Source: Nymphaea colorata
Lineage: Eukaryota
NCBI RefSeq assembly: GCF_008831285.2
Contig: NC_045138.2
Span: 34,038,001 to 34,102,000 of the forward strand
DNA length: 64,000 nucleotides
Direction of reading: 5' to 3'
The translations under genes were made by a program, and so were the position numbers. The stretch's first letter is position 1. Each line of letters starts with the position of its first letter. Below are positions 14,479-27,190 of the stretch, piece after piece. The notes under the pieces were generated by a model. It was not told where the DNA came from. It saw only the letters and a list, made by a program, of their open reading frames with translations, and did not search any database.

Positions 14479-14748
14479 TATTCCAATAACTCGTTTTATT
14501 TCTCTAGGAAACTCCTCTTAGTGTATGCCGATCTAAGGAAAAACACTTCATCGATAGGCAGCTAAACTAGACGGATGAACTTCTCTCACTTTTGTGAAAA
14601 CGATCTCTATTTTTTCACTTCATTGATAGGCAGCTAAGAAGATGTGTGTGAGAGAGACAGAGAGGGAGAAATGGTATAGGTCTTTCCCTGTTAAACTCCA
14701 GTTTGCATGTGGCACTTTAATCAAGCAAACACGACCTCCTCTTCCAGT

Positions 14749-16137
14749 TTAAGCCATTTGTGCCATCACCTCTTCCAGGATCCTACTGGTCTCCTCGTAG
14801 CAAGACTTCGTTTGAGGAACACTGCGCGACTTTATTGCAACCTCCAACTGCCACATTCAAGGGGACGCCAATAGTCAGAGGAAAAAAAATGATGCTTCTT
14901 TCTTATAATATCAGCTCAAAATTTTTTGGTAATGTTGCTTCAGATGATTTATTGTACTTGCCTTTTCAACATTGTCAAATAATCTGTTAGCAAGATTGGT
15001 AAGTCCTTCCCTTTCGTCTGCCGGAGCTGCGGTAATAACTTTGTCGAAGTCATAGTACATGAATGTGGACTTGAGGCGCAAATACTTTCTTATATATCCC
15101 CATGCATCTTGATCTATGATATCCCCCATGCCCAGAAGGTCGAAAGCAGTCTTCTTTAGTCTGTACGCACTGCCCTTGGGCCCAACCTTCGCCATGTAAA
15201 TTCCTTGTTTGAGAAAAGACCGTGTTCCTGTCTCTTCATTGTTTATTTCTGCAAGCATGTTCATAGGCACAATGTATCAGCAATTTTCTTGTGTGTGTGT
15301 GCGTGTCTTTTTCATTTCCTTCATTGGGGGCCTATACATTGCACTAGCATGTCAGTTCCCGTACGGTCCCAAGAGCAAGGGTTGGGTAGAAGCTACTTAA
15401 TATCATATCCACTGTTTGGGAGTTGGATTGTTCAATCAATTGGGTTGGCATCTCTTTGCCAACTAGCAGCTCAAATAAGGAATGTAAACCAGAGCAGATC
15501 CTTCCACTTGGCAAACAATGTTGGGCTTAATACCTTCAAGTTGAAGGAGATCAAGAGTTCAACTACTGTGCATCGTTTGGCATAAACTGCTAAGTCCTGC
15601 CTAACCCAGCTCACCTAATAACATCGCGAAAAAGAAAAGTGTTTGTAAACTAAAAGATGTTTTGACACAACTGTCGTGTAAAACATAAGTCCATCCATAG
15701 AGATTTTAAAAATTAAGCAGTCCCAAAAGAATCACCTATTATGAAATGCCACTGGCATGACAAATCTCCGAAGAAACCCAAACACCCTCACATGCGGGGA
15801 TAACGCACATAACCTATAACTTGTATAAGAAAAAACAGTCAGCAAGGTACGAACTGTTAGAAACGGGAGGAAGAGTGTCCAAAAGGCCATCCAACCAGAA
15901 CCGCCTTCCTTCTTCAGCTAGCGACTTTGCAGTACTCAGCTGGCCGGAGAGTGTGACGGTGGCCAGGCTGAGTGCAGCAGCTCTTCTTGTGGTGTGCGGA
16001 GCCCCGTCATCTGTGTCCGGCTTTTGAAGTTGGCTTTGTGCAAGAAACCTTGGGCACCTGCGCCTCCCGGTGCTTACGAGTTTGTTTGGGATGATCCTAC
16101 TTGCCGACTGAAGAACTGTTTCAGCAGTTCCCCTCAT
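14749..16137 (-). CDS. PNSL3: PsbQ-like NDH lumenal subunit PNSL3, 3 exons: 16137-15855, 15248-14962, 14847-14749; 222 aa
   Basis: Twin-Arg TRRAAAL, FWLDG, NEETGTRSFLKQGIYMA, KYLRLKSTFMYYDFD and LANRLFDN; ends EEVMAQMA*. These match Arabidopsis PNSL3 as I recall it. Intron 2 uses a GC donor. Confidence 0.92.
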
Positions 16138-17034
16138 TCTTGCTGTGGGTTGCGGAGGGGATGTGCAGAGGACGCCTCCTCTACCTTCTCTAAATGAATG
16201 GTTGGTCGCCACAAGCAGTATGTGGGTCCCCGCTTATCTACTTTGGTGTTTCGGATGTTGAAAATCACATGGCCTGTTGTATGTGGGAAAATAGTTCGTA
16301 ATACTGTTCTGAAGAGTATTTCGTGCAACTAAATTTGATTCTCATTTATAGATGTTGGTAGATATTGATGCTTTGATCCTATTGTGAGATTTACAAAGCT
16401 AATAAAATGTCGAAGTACTAGTTTTCAAAAAATTCAATCGGTCCAAATAAATTCAAAGGTATCAATTTTTTATTCTTTACCGCAATAGTAACTCGATAAA
16501 AATGCTTTAGCTAGTTTTCTTCAATCATATCGTAAATATGTTACATATAAAGTGCAACCGGCCAACAGCTTTTCAGATGTCATGGAGAAAATAACAACAT
16601 TGTAAGTGTCAAAATAAGCACATTCTAATATTAAAGCAGTTCTTTCATGCCTGTGAAGAGGTTGATTTTCATGTATGCGAAATTCCCTCTAAGAAGTCTC
16701 GGGAACCGTAATGGCGGGCAACTCCGCAACTCTGTTCCGGTTGAAGCCACCAGAGAGTCGAAGTACAACTAGGTCACTTGGGGATCGGTATTTCTTGGTC
16801 CTTTAGACGTTTGCCTGTTTGTACGAGTGTTCGCGTTGTCGCGATGGCCTTTCTTAACCTATGAAAAATGATAACCGGTGAGTAGTTGATGCTTCTCGCT
16901 GTCCCTGGGAAGTTGAAAACTCAAAGTATAAGAAGGAAAGGCCGGTCGAAGTGTTCAATCAAAGAGGTGACTCGTTCATCCAACAACCCAAACAACTATG
17001 AGCAATCTCTCCTGTAAGATCACCAGATCCTACC

Positions 17035-19038
17035 ATGACAAGACCTTCTCTTTCACATTCTCTCATTTCTCTATTGAGGAAAGCGGGGGAAGCCAGGAAC
17101 CTCTCAAGTGGAAAGCAAGTGCACGCCAATGTGATCGTTTCAGGACTTCACTTGGACGCCTTGGACGTAGCTCTTACTGCAATGTATGCGCTTTGCGGCG
17201 ACATGATCGTCGCCGAAACGCTGTTTGAGAAAATGGGTACTAAGAATTCATATGCTTGGAACTGCATGATTAGAGGGTATGCAACAAATGGGCATCCTCG
17301 AAAGGCTTTTCTGTGGTACGAAAGAATGAATTGTGAGGGGATTCCTGCTGATAATTTCACATACCCATTCTTGTTCAAGGCTAGTTCATGCCTATCCGCC
17401 ATTAAAGAAGGGAGGAAGTTCCATCTCGATGCGAGGAATGATGGGTATGAATTGAATCCGATTGTGGCCAACTCGATTTTGGATATGTACATGAAGTGTG
17501 GTTGTCTGAGCGACGCACGCCAGTTGTTCGACACAATGCCCGTGCGGACTGTGGTATCCTGGAACACTATGATCTCCGGGTATTTTCAGAATGGGCATTC
17601 TGAGGAAGCTTTGATGATGTATGATTTGATGAAAGATACTGCTGTTGATTGCGATGCTGTAACTTTTGTTGGTGTTCTGCCAGCTTGTTCACAGTTGCAG
17701 AATTTGCAGAAAGGGAAGGAAATTCACGAATTAGTTGACTCATTGGGACTTGCTAATGTCCTGTCAGTGAAAAACTGTTTGATAGATATGTATGCAAAGT
17801 GCGGATGTTTAAAGGATGCGCGCCATATCTTCGATGCGATGCCCAAAAGAGATGTTGTCTCATGGACAGCCCTGATTGATGGCTATGTCCAGAAGGGCGA
17901 GATTGACAATGCACTTTCACTCTTCTGCGAGATGCAAATCTCAAATGTAAGGCCCAATTCACTGACTCTATCCTGCCTTCTGTCCGGTTGCGCAAGTGCT
18001 TCTTTCTCAAACTACGGGAAATGCATACATGGTTTCTCAGTTAGGAACGGACTACATTCAGATGTTTTTGTAGAAACTGCATTGATTGACATGTACTTGA
18101 AGAGTGGAAATCTCGATGTTGGGCATCGCTTGTTCATGAATACTTCTAGAAGGAGAACTGTTCCATGGAATGCGATCATCGGTGGGTATGCACAAAATGG
18201 GCTAGCAACGGAAGCTGTGGCTCTTTTTAAGCAAATGCTTTTGGAGAAAGTGGATCCCGATCGTGCAACGGTGGTGTCAGTTCTACCTTCATATGCCAGT
18301 ATAGCAGATTTAAAACAGGGAGAGAACATGCATTGCCATTTAATCAAAACGGGGTTCAGCTCAGCCATGGAAATCAGCACAGGGCTCATTGATGTGTATA
18401 TGAAGGGTGGCAGCCTAGACTCTGCACGCATGCTCTTCGATGGAATGAGCAAGAGGGATGTCGTCGCCTGGAGTGCAATCATTTCAGGCTACGGGATGCA
18501 TGGCGATGGGCAGGCTGCTGTTTGCCTGTTCAATCAAATGATAGAGTCTGGCTTAGATCCAAATAAAATCACTTTTACATCAATAATACAAGCTTGCAGC
18601 CATGGTGGACTATTGGAAGAGGGCTTGGATATATTTCGGTTCATGATGAAGAATTATGATAGGGAGCTCACTGCTGATCACTATGCCTGTGTTGTTGATC
18701 TGCTTGCTCGTGCTGGTCGACTCGAGGAAGCGCATGAGCTGATCAGAGGAATGCCGTTCTCTCCCAACTATGCAGTGTGGGGTGCTTTGCTTGGTGGCTG
18801 CTCGCTGTATGGGGATGTTGAGCTTGGCGAATTGGCAGCTAACCACCTATTCCAAATGGAACCAGAGAACACAGGAAACTACGTCTTGCTCTCTAACGTC
18901 TATGCTGCAGCAGGGAGGTGGGAAGACGCAGAGCGTTTAAGAGGTTTGATGAGAGAAAGGGGGTTGAGGAAGACCCCCGGATGCAGTATGATAGAGTTGA
19001 AAAGAAATATTGCCTGCCAAGTTGCAAACGAGTACTGA
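17035..19038 (+). CDS. Intronless PLS-class pentatricopeptide repeat protein, E subgroup, no DYW domain; 667 aa
   Basis: Repeated P-L-S motifs (VSWNTMISGY, VFVETALIDMY, HYACVVDLLARAG), E domain VWGALLGGC...GNYVLLSNVYA and PG-box KTPGCSMIE. The ORF stops shortly afterwards. Confidence 0.95.
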   Translation: MTRPSLSHSLISLLRKAGEARNLSSGKQVHANVIVSGLHLDALDVALTAMYALCGDMIVAETLFEKMGTKNSYAWNCMIRGYATNGHPRKAFLWYERMNCEGIPADNFTYPFLFKASSCLSAIKEGRKFHLDARNDGYELNPIVANSILDMYMKCGCLSDARQLFDTMPVRTVVSWNTMISGYFQNGHSEEALMMYDLMKDTAVDCDAVTFVGVLPACSQLQNLQKGKEIHELVDSLGLANVLSVKNCLIDMYAKCGCLKDARHIFDAMPKRDVVSWTALIDGYVQKGEIDNALSLFCEMQISNVRPNSLTLSCLLSGCASASFSNYGKCIHGFSVRNGLHSDVFVETALIDMYLKSGNLDVGHRLFMNTSRRRTVPWNAIIGGYAQNGLATEAVALFKQMLLEKVDPDRATVVSVLPSYASIADLKQGENMHCHLIKTGFSSAMEISTGLIDVYMKGGSLDSARMLFDGMSKRDVVAWSAIISGYGMHGDGQAAVCLFNQMIESGLDPNKITFTSIIQACSHGGLLEEGLDIFRFMMKNYDRELTADHYACVVDLLARAGRLEEAHELIRGMPFSPNYAVWGALLGGCSLYGDVELGELAANHLFQMEPENTGNYVLLSNVYAAAGRWEDAERLRGLMRERGLRKTPGCSMIELKRNIACQVANEY

Positions 19039-22000
19039 AAGAAAAGCGTGTGGAAAGCGGCTCACATGTTTCTGGAATTTCTTGTACAACATGAGACCCT
19101 GATCTCAGGGTCATGGAAGTCAATCTCCTCCCCCACAGAATTTCAACAGCTCTGTTTGTGGCACCCTCGCCCTTGATTTTGATGTGCCATAAAAGTCCCC
19201 AACATATCAATCAGTTTTCCTTTTGTGGTATCCTCGTCCAGATTTTCATTGCCCTGTAGGGTTCCAAAAAATGCGAGTGACCAAGATTAAACAAGATCTC
19301 TTTTTGGGCAACAAAGGATTTAAGCTTATTGGCGGTTTTTACACCAAGATTCAGAAAACTTCGGTCGTTTTGTTTAATATTCATCATACTCCCTTTGAAT
19401 AGAATGAGAAAAGTAGGGAGAACTTCGCTCAGTTTTTTTCTTATCGCATGAGGGTGATTTCACGCTATCGCAGAACAAATTATCTACTGCACGTAGAATG
19501 GCCTGGGAAAGAAATGGAAGCATTACCTCTTACGAAAGGTTCTCTGGATGGCATAAAGGCGTCAAAGGGAGGCGCTTTGTAAAAGATTTAGTTACAGCAT
19601 TGTAGGGTTTACCCTTAAAAAGGGGACCCTTCCAGAAATTCTCCAAAGCCTGGGCCAAACCCAGGCCTTAGAGGGGGTTTGGAAATAGTTTTCAACCAGC
19701 AATTGACGCGCCTCGGTTTAACCTCACTAGCTGCGTCATTGCCCCAAGCGCAAAGATACCCTCTACTTCCCCCTATCAAGTAATTTTATACTCTCTCCCG
19801 CCCCCTTCCATCTCGTCATCCATCGATACAGGACTAAACCCCGACCTACTTCCATCTAGTCACTCGCCAAGACAGGACTAAATATTCAAGCGCCAGTTAG
19901 GCAGTTACCCCTCAAAACGACCACCGCCTCTTCCCGCTTCTTCTGTCGGCTGTCTGCGCGTTCGGCTCTTGCCCCATCGCGCGACCTTCTGCAACAAGAA
20001 ACACACAAACGAATCATGCTCACTCGCCGATGTTCATGTCGCCGTGAAATTGCTTTGAAGGAGCTACGACAGAAATCTGGTTGCCCACTCCTGATGTTTT
20101 CAATAAGGAACTACCGAATGGAGATTCTGCTTTTCCTTACACTTACCGGTTTATGCTATCGGAGAGAAACAGGGACATCGCAACTTTTGATCCTCTCTGA
20201 ATTGAAGGCTTTATATGCAGGCCTCTAACCAGGTCAAAAAACTGCTGAATGTATATGCTGGAAATGGAGATTCAATTGGTGAATTTCTTTTTCTCTTTTC
20301 TCGGTTTAAAAATTCATATGGTAAGATTAGTTGCGTCCCTGTCGATGCAACAACTTGCAACCGCGTCTGCTGGTTTCGGTGCAGATGGGTATTCCTTGTG
20401 TATCAACACCAATGGATCCGGCGGTGCTGTCTTGGTAAAGAACTCTTCAAATTTCTTGTGTGGGTTGAGCTCTAAGAAGGGGACCCTGGGATTAAGCACT
20501 TCTCACAATCTTGGCATTTGTCCTGAAAACTTGCATATAAGATGCATTATTTGCTTTTCATATTGCGTTTCTCTCAGATTAATTGAAGCTTCAACATTCA
20601 ACCGTAAGTTTATGACTTATGCTTACTGTGCGTTTCCCACGCAAATAATTTCCGCAAATTCCTGCTCGAGCTTGCTCTCAATTAGATAGCTGTGGATATG
20701 TGAAACTATGTTTCTATGACATCCTTATGAAAAATTGGTTCATCAACCAGAAAGGCAGAAACTTGGACATTCTTCGTACCTGTGACCACATTTGTTTGTA
20801 AAAAACAAAAAATATGTTTGAATTTGATTCACTAATGTGAAAAAACCCCATTTTGGGATTGATCCTGCTTCCTGCGAACCATGAAGAAGCATGGTTGCCT
20901 GCATTTTGCATCCGTACTCCCGAGCTAGTTCAAATAATTCTGTATAAGAAGCCCGATCATACTGTTTAGATGCTCTTGTCCTATGACATCAAGCTGCTCA
21001 AGTATTTCGTATTTGTGAGCAATTGGTGAGGAATAGCTTTCAGAAATTTAAACGTTAGAAATATTGATAGATCCTAGTGGTATGACAAATAGAATAACAT
21101 AATTTGGCACGAGTGCTTACCGACTCCTTCTAATTGGTTCAGCCTGTGAACAAACTGACCATTCTACAATGTAAATTTGATTGATCTTTTGGTGCTGTAT
21201 TCAACCAAATCATTACTGTTTTCATAATATGAATTTGATCTTTGCCTTTTCACTGCTGAAGATAGTTGAAACTGCAGGTTCTTGGAAGGGGAAGCGCACT
21301 CGCAGAAATGCAATTTGAACGACTCTGGAGAGAAAAGATCCTAAAAGCCCTTTCCTGAATTCTGTTATTATGTGAATGTGGTTGTGTTCTTAGTTTTGTC
21401 ATCTGTGAAACTTGACTGATGCCAAATGCTCATTCTTCCACTGCATTGAGAACAAAGTAAATTTCTCATCCTGTGAAATTTCGTGAATGACTCGAGAACC
21501 TTCACAGTTGTACAGGCTGCCAATCACGGATTAGGAAAGATCAGACTGCCGTTATCGTGTGATCATGCAGACGACTTGTGAATAAATTTCAATGCGGGAT
21601 CTTGCGCAGACTTTGTTCGAGCAACATCGTTCATGTTGTCCCTGTAAGTTGATTTGTTTTTAATGGAAAAGGAATGAATATCGTTTTCATTTTCATTAAA
21701 TCTTTTTAATAAAATTTTCGACCTATATAACGGAAGATGGAAAAATGCAATCAGCACGAGGAATTTTCAGCACGAGGGCCAATTCTGAAACCAAAGTTAT
21801 AAAATTTTATCCTAAAAAATCCTTCCAAGGATATTTGTGGTCATTCTGAGCCTAGAACCACGCCTGCTGGAGGATTTTCCTCCCGCATTGCGTTATGAAT
21901 GAGCTGTAGTCATTCTCTGTTCTGGAAAATCAGTGTTGTTTCCCTCTTTATACAACAGAAATACTCATGCACTCTTGTCAGTATGGGCTTATTTATAATA

Positions 22001-24873
22001 AATATTGGTTTTTAGTAGAAACATTGGCAAACTTGTTTGGTACGTCGCCTGCCTGCCACAAAACAGAACCGCTAATGTGCTAAATCGAATTTATGAAGAA
22101 TTTTGTTCCCCACTGACCTGTCCAGCCATTTCGGGAGCCATACATATGGTAAAATCGCGAAGCTGCTGATTACATATCTGATCGTATGGTACTCATTGTA
22201 GTTGAGACTTGAGGTGCTAAAAATGGTTAGGCAAGGAGTCTCCAGATTTCACTACTTCGAAGTTGTTTTGGCTAAATCTGATCGTGTAGATATGACTCGT
22301 CTGGTAGATTTGATAAGAACAGATTCTCCCATTGTCTTTTTAAATTGGAATATATGATTTTCGAGCTATAAAATTGTGTCATTTCAATAGTTGCTAAATT
22401 AAGCTCGTCGGGTTTCAGCAATAATTTAAATCTCAGCTCTTATTACCACATTGCTGAGCGCATCTTTTACAAAATTATATGAATCAATCATATGAACCGG
22501 TGGTGCTTATCTGCAATTCTACACATTTGCACTTAAACTTTTGTTCGATCGGTTATTGATTTCCAATAATTATTGGCGGGGAAGGGATAAAACATTTTTA
22601 AAATGTCATTCTGCAGTTCAAACAGTACATTCTTATTTCTAACTCAAAGCAGGTGACTTGAATCATTTGACCCAAAGAAAAGAAAAAGATATCGATGTGA
22701 TCTTTAACATCAACGCCATCTATTGTTTGATCGTGATTGACCGTGCGTTCCCGCATGAGATTGCTTGTTTGAAAATGAGTGGAGAACAGGCGGTGAGAAT
22801 GGCAGCAACTAATTGTGCAAGTTCTGATATGGACAGAGTGATAAAAAAATCATGCATGTGGCCGCTTTCTTCTTTTCTTTCTCCTTTTTTTGGTCAAAAT
22901 TTTGCAATAATCTGATCCCAGATTGGTTTCTTCTCCAGCTGGTTGAGGGTATAAAAACCATTCATTATGAGTTGGCTTGAACTAGTGGTTGATGAGTCCA
23001 CCTCAAAATATATATACACATATCTTATTTTAAATAAATATGAAAACTATGTGAACAAATTACACCCCATCCATTTAACCGATAATTTACAAAGCTTCAC
23101 ATGCATGTTATATATATATATATATATATAAAAGGAAAAATGTTTGAAAGAGATTTAAAACAACATGTCTTAAGCCTCCCTTTCTATATTGCTCCTTTTC
23201 TATATTCGTAATGTACCTTTTTGAGTTGAAGGCGGATGATGAGAATGAGGGATGACCAACAAACCTTATGACGACAACACCTTCATAAAGCAGGGGCAGA
23301 TATCCAAAATCTTTAACTTAACCCTTCACGCATTATTGCCACTACTTACAACATGTGGTAATTATACATTTTAAGGGTACAGCTTCTCTTGTTTGCACAA
23401 ACATTGAGTTGAATGATTGAAGGGGCAGATCACTTAATAGAACTTAAAATAAGAAGAGATCCATTCACCGGAAAAGGGAAAATAACATGACAGTTTGGAT
23501 GGTGATGGAGGCCCAACCAGAGTTTACTTGTGAAGAGGAGGAAGACCCATCAACGTTTTGTCCCTCCTTGTCATTAAAGAAAAGCGACGCACATGTTATT
23601 TCAGGATAAAGCCTTGTTATAAATAGGAAAAAGTTTTCTTGGTCACAAATGATAACAAGGTTTTATTTTGATCAGATGCTGGTTGCAGCCGACTTGGTTG
23701 ACATGTATATGGCCAAATGCGATAAAAAAGTAATCGAGGGATTCTAAGATGTAACTGCACATAAAGTTTGTAAATGCGGCTTCTTCTGGATGTCAATTGC
23801 ACCTCTTCATCATACTGTGCTTGTTTGAAAATAAAATGCAGAGACATGATTGCCATGATCGGATTCTCAGAAAATACGTATAAATTGTCAGATATATCTG
23901 CGTAAGGCATGATATTATAACAGGGAATTTGAAGATTTTACCATTGATGCTTCTGCGTCATCACATATTGCAAAATCGACAAAAACAGATTACGTACGGA
24001 AGCAAAAGAAGGTAGAAAAGGAAAGGATGGCAGATATTTTCTTCTCTCCTCACTCACTGCTGTCCTAACACAATAGGACGAAGTTGAACAATTGACAACC
24101 TAATCCCTAAACCTAAAGTGGGTCCGGTCTTCAACCTGACAAGACATGGATAATCGAGAAGATATTATAACTAGAATATTGAAAAAGAGGAATCCATGCT
24201 TATGATTGGCTCAGTGATGATGACACAGCCATTGGTTCTTATAATCCTCTGGATCAGCATCTGGCGTCGGCTCCTCGAAATTGTGTTAATTCATATGTCA
24301 TCAAGAATTTCTAGTTCGGTTTCCAACGATTGAAGAAATCTGTAAACCACAAATAAAAGTATTTACAGATATATTGAAAAGCGTTGCCTACTTGCTTTTC
24401 ATACAATCAAGCATCTTAAATTGTAATTATTTTAGGTGTAAACAAAGGTATGACAGGTCAAAATCCACTAAATCGAATGCTGTGGCCCCTGATTCCTCCT
24501 CTGCATGTTTGTGCTCAATGAATTTAGACTGGGAATACTAAGTCATCAAAAAGCAAGTGGGGTGTTTTTGTGTTTGTTTATCTACGTTCTTTACTCCTTT
24601 TTCATGGGCTAGGCTTCATTTCAAGTTGGCAGTCGCGATGCATCCAAAATCATTGTTTATTGTTGGGTAGTGGGAAGGATAAAGGCGCATCTGTAATACG
24701 TGAGCACCCTCTCATCGTAACCACCTGTTGAAGGTGGGAAAGAGAAAAACTATGGATTCCTGATCCCGACTACCAACCACAAAACCCCCCTCTGCCGACT
24801 CTTCCCCTCCCCTATAAATTCTAGGCCTTCTCTTGCCTGCCCAAAGTTCTGAAATATTTGGTGGGTGTTCATC

Positions 24874-25594
24874 ATGGAGTCTCAGGCGCAGCTCCAAAAG
24901 TTCAGGGTCCTCAGAGTAGAATCAGAAGAGTCATGGGAATTCTTCCTGTCTCAAGCCAAAGATCAATCCTGCCCTGTAAATCATTAGATCTTTTTCTCTC
25001 CTGCCGTCTTTCTCTGTCGAGATTCTCATCCATCAATTCTCTGTTCCAGGTTGTGGTTCACTTTACTGCATCTTGGTGTGCGCCGTCTATTGCTATGAAG
25101 CATTTCTTCGAGGAGCTGGCTCTGAATTTCCAAGATATTCTCTTTCTCTTGGTCGATGTTGATGAAGTCAAGGTACCCTGCATTTCCCAAATCACGAGAA
25201 CCACAATTCATCTTTCATAATATTGATTGCTTAATCACTGCATGACCCAAATTTTGTCAACCATTCAACCGGCAATCTTGATTTATATACGTTAACAAAT
25301 TCAACCATGTGTGCCAACATATGTTTTCAACAAGAATTGCTCTAGCCTCTAAAATCAACCACTTACGGTAGTGATTTTCAAAGCCGAAACAGAAGGTGGT
25401 GTATCTTTATGCCAAAATAATGCGTGTTTCCTTGTATATATCAGGGGGTTGCATCGAAGATGGAGGTAAAGGCTATGCCAACATTTATATTCTTTAATGG
25501 GGCAAACCAGGTGGATAAGATCGTCGGTGCTAATCCAGATGAGATTAAGAGAAGGGTTGCGTCGTTTGCTCAGTCTTTTCGTGCACATAGTTAA
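24874..25594 (+). CDS. CXXS1: Thioredoxin-like protein CXXS1 (monocysteinic h-type), 3 exons: 24874-24975, 25050-25172, 25445-25594; 124 aa
   Basis: VHFTASWCAPS active site (CxxS), VDVDEV, VKAMPTF and DKIVGANPDEI; phase-0 GT-AG introns; TATAAA at 24813. Confidence 0.93.
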
Positions 25595-26939
25595 GACTCG
25601 ATGCGTGTCTTTTACGTCTGCTTACATGGGGAAGTGTTCACATGGCTCTGCGGACCTTGTATTGATGTGTTATGTATGTTTAATATGTAAAGTTCGTACA
25701 TAATATGGTGTAAACTTGGTATTTTATTTGTTTATTTATGAATATTTAACCTGATATCGATTTGCTCGAGAACTTCGTCTCCATTCCTATGCTTTCGTGA
25801 GAGGCGTGTGAATTTAGAATGCGAGGAAGAATATACTCGATATTATATTTGGTGTTAGGAGAGAAGATCACTTCCTTGTTTCTAAATAAGCCGCAAGTTT
25901 ATTTTCTTCTTTTTTTCAAATTTTCTCGTCTATTGTGCTTTATAACTATAAATGTCTTTCGCGCAAGGGGGGAATCCAATGCTTTCATAATAATCGTAAA
26001 TTTCAATAAAGTAACTATAATTATGGTCACCACGTAATAGGTTCTATAAAACCCAAAACCGCCTGTGCATGTGGACTACGAGAAGGTTCGGGAGATGTTG
26101 AAGTGAGCATTAAAGGGGAAGACACAATCAAATCAGTTATGTTCAGAATATTAATTTGATATCAGACCTGAGCTCTTGATCCATAACCCGGCCCTTGAAT
26201 ATAGCATCCAGATACAAAGTGTGACTATTCTTCCCGAATTACCTTTGTGTTTGATTGTAGTTGTATGAGCATGCATGCGTGAATGAAATTTCACTCGCCC
26301 AATACATCTCAAAAGAGAAATTAAAGGTTACGAACCTTGGAGAAAAGCTGTAGTAAAACATAGCCAGGCATTGAAACTTAAAAATGCTACAACTTCAGGG
26401 GCTACTTTTTCTGGGTATCCTACTTTTTTCAGAAAGATTATATCATCTATCAATCGATAAAAATACAAAGGACTCTGTACTGCATCAGGATATTAATAAT
26501 ATATTTTTTTTTTGTGAAAGAATTTTGAATACAAGTACACAGCAGGTGCCTACGAATCCCGGCTGATACGACTAAGATGAAAAGTGATATATATCTAGAG
26601 TATTGCTAGGGTCTTGGCCCGCAGGTTTAACTATATGATGCCGGCTGTTGGCCGGGCCATATCCCCTGACACGGGCCAAAACTTTTTGTCAGTCGTGTTC
26701 TGGACGGAACTTCCTCGTGGGCTCAAACAGAAGCTTGGATAATAGGCTTCACCCTCTATCCGTGCTTGTAGCCCGGTTATAGGTGATGGCTATGGACAGT
26801 GGGGCTGCCTCTATGGCTCTGGTTTGGCGTCTGTGTGCATCAGTTAGAGCAATACTGTGTACAGATGTAGGTGACCACTATAAAAGATGAATGACTGCAA
26901 ATCCATGGCTGGCAGACTGTGAGTCTTTGGTTACGTTCC

Positions 26940-27190
26940 TCTGCGGACTAGTGGGGATTCAGTCCTTTTCAGCGATGACAGTGTCCCTCCTAGTCTATTC
27001 TTCTTACTGTGGCCTACGGACCTCGGGTTTGTCGATGTTCAGGTCGTGGGGCAACTGAGAACAGCAGTGTTGTGTAAATACTCTCCTGTGTTGGAAAGGG
27101 CAGTCTTGAAGCTCATCCGCACCATTTTCCATCAGTGTGATATCTGGCATGTCAGACACAGAGCCCACTCAGTCCTTTTACGTTCGTTTA
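26940..27190 (+). mobile_element. Possible degraded retroelement RNase H fragment (LINE-type)
   Basis: LKLIRTIFHQCDIWHVRHRAHSV resembles the F..HV.REAN..AH motif of plant LINE RNase H domains; an upstream GDS motif is in a broken frame. Confidence 0.3.

Noticed and set aside
17148..19210. Several antisense ORFs of 68-156 aa
   Set aside because: Shadows of the PPR coding strand with no independent motifs.
20690..20795. Box C/D snoRNA (TGTGG...CCACA terminal stem)
   Set aside because: The C box (ATGTGA) and D box (CTGTGA) are both non-consensus, and I recognise no rRNA antisense element.
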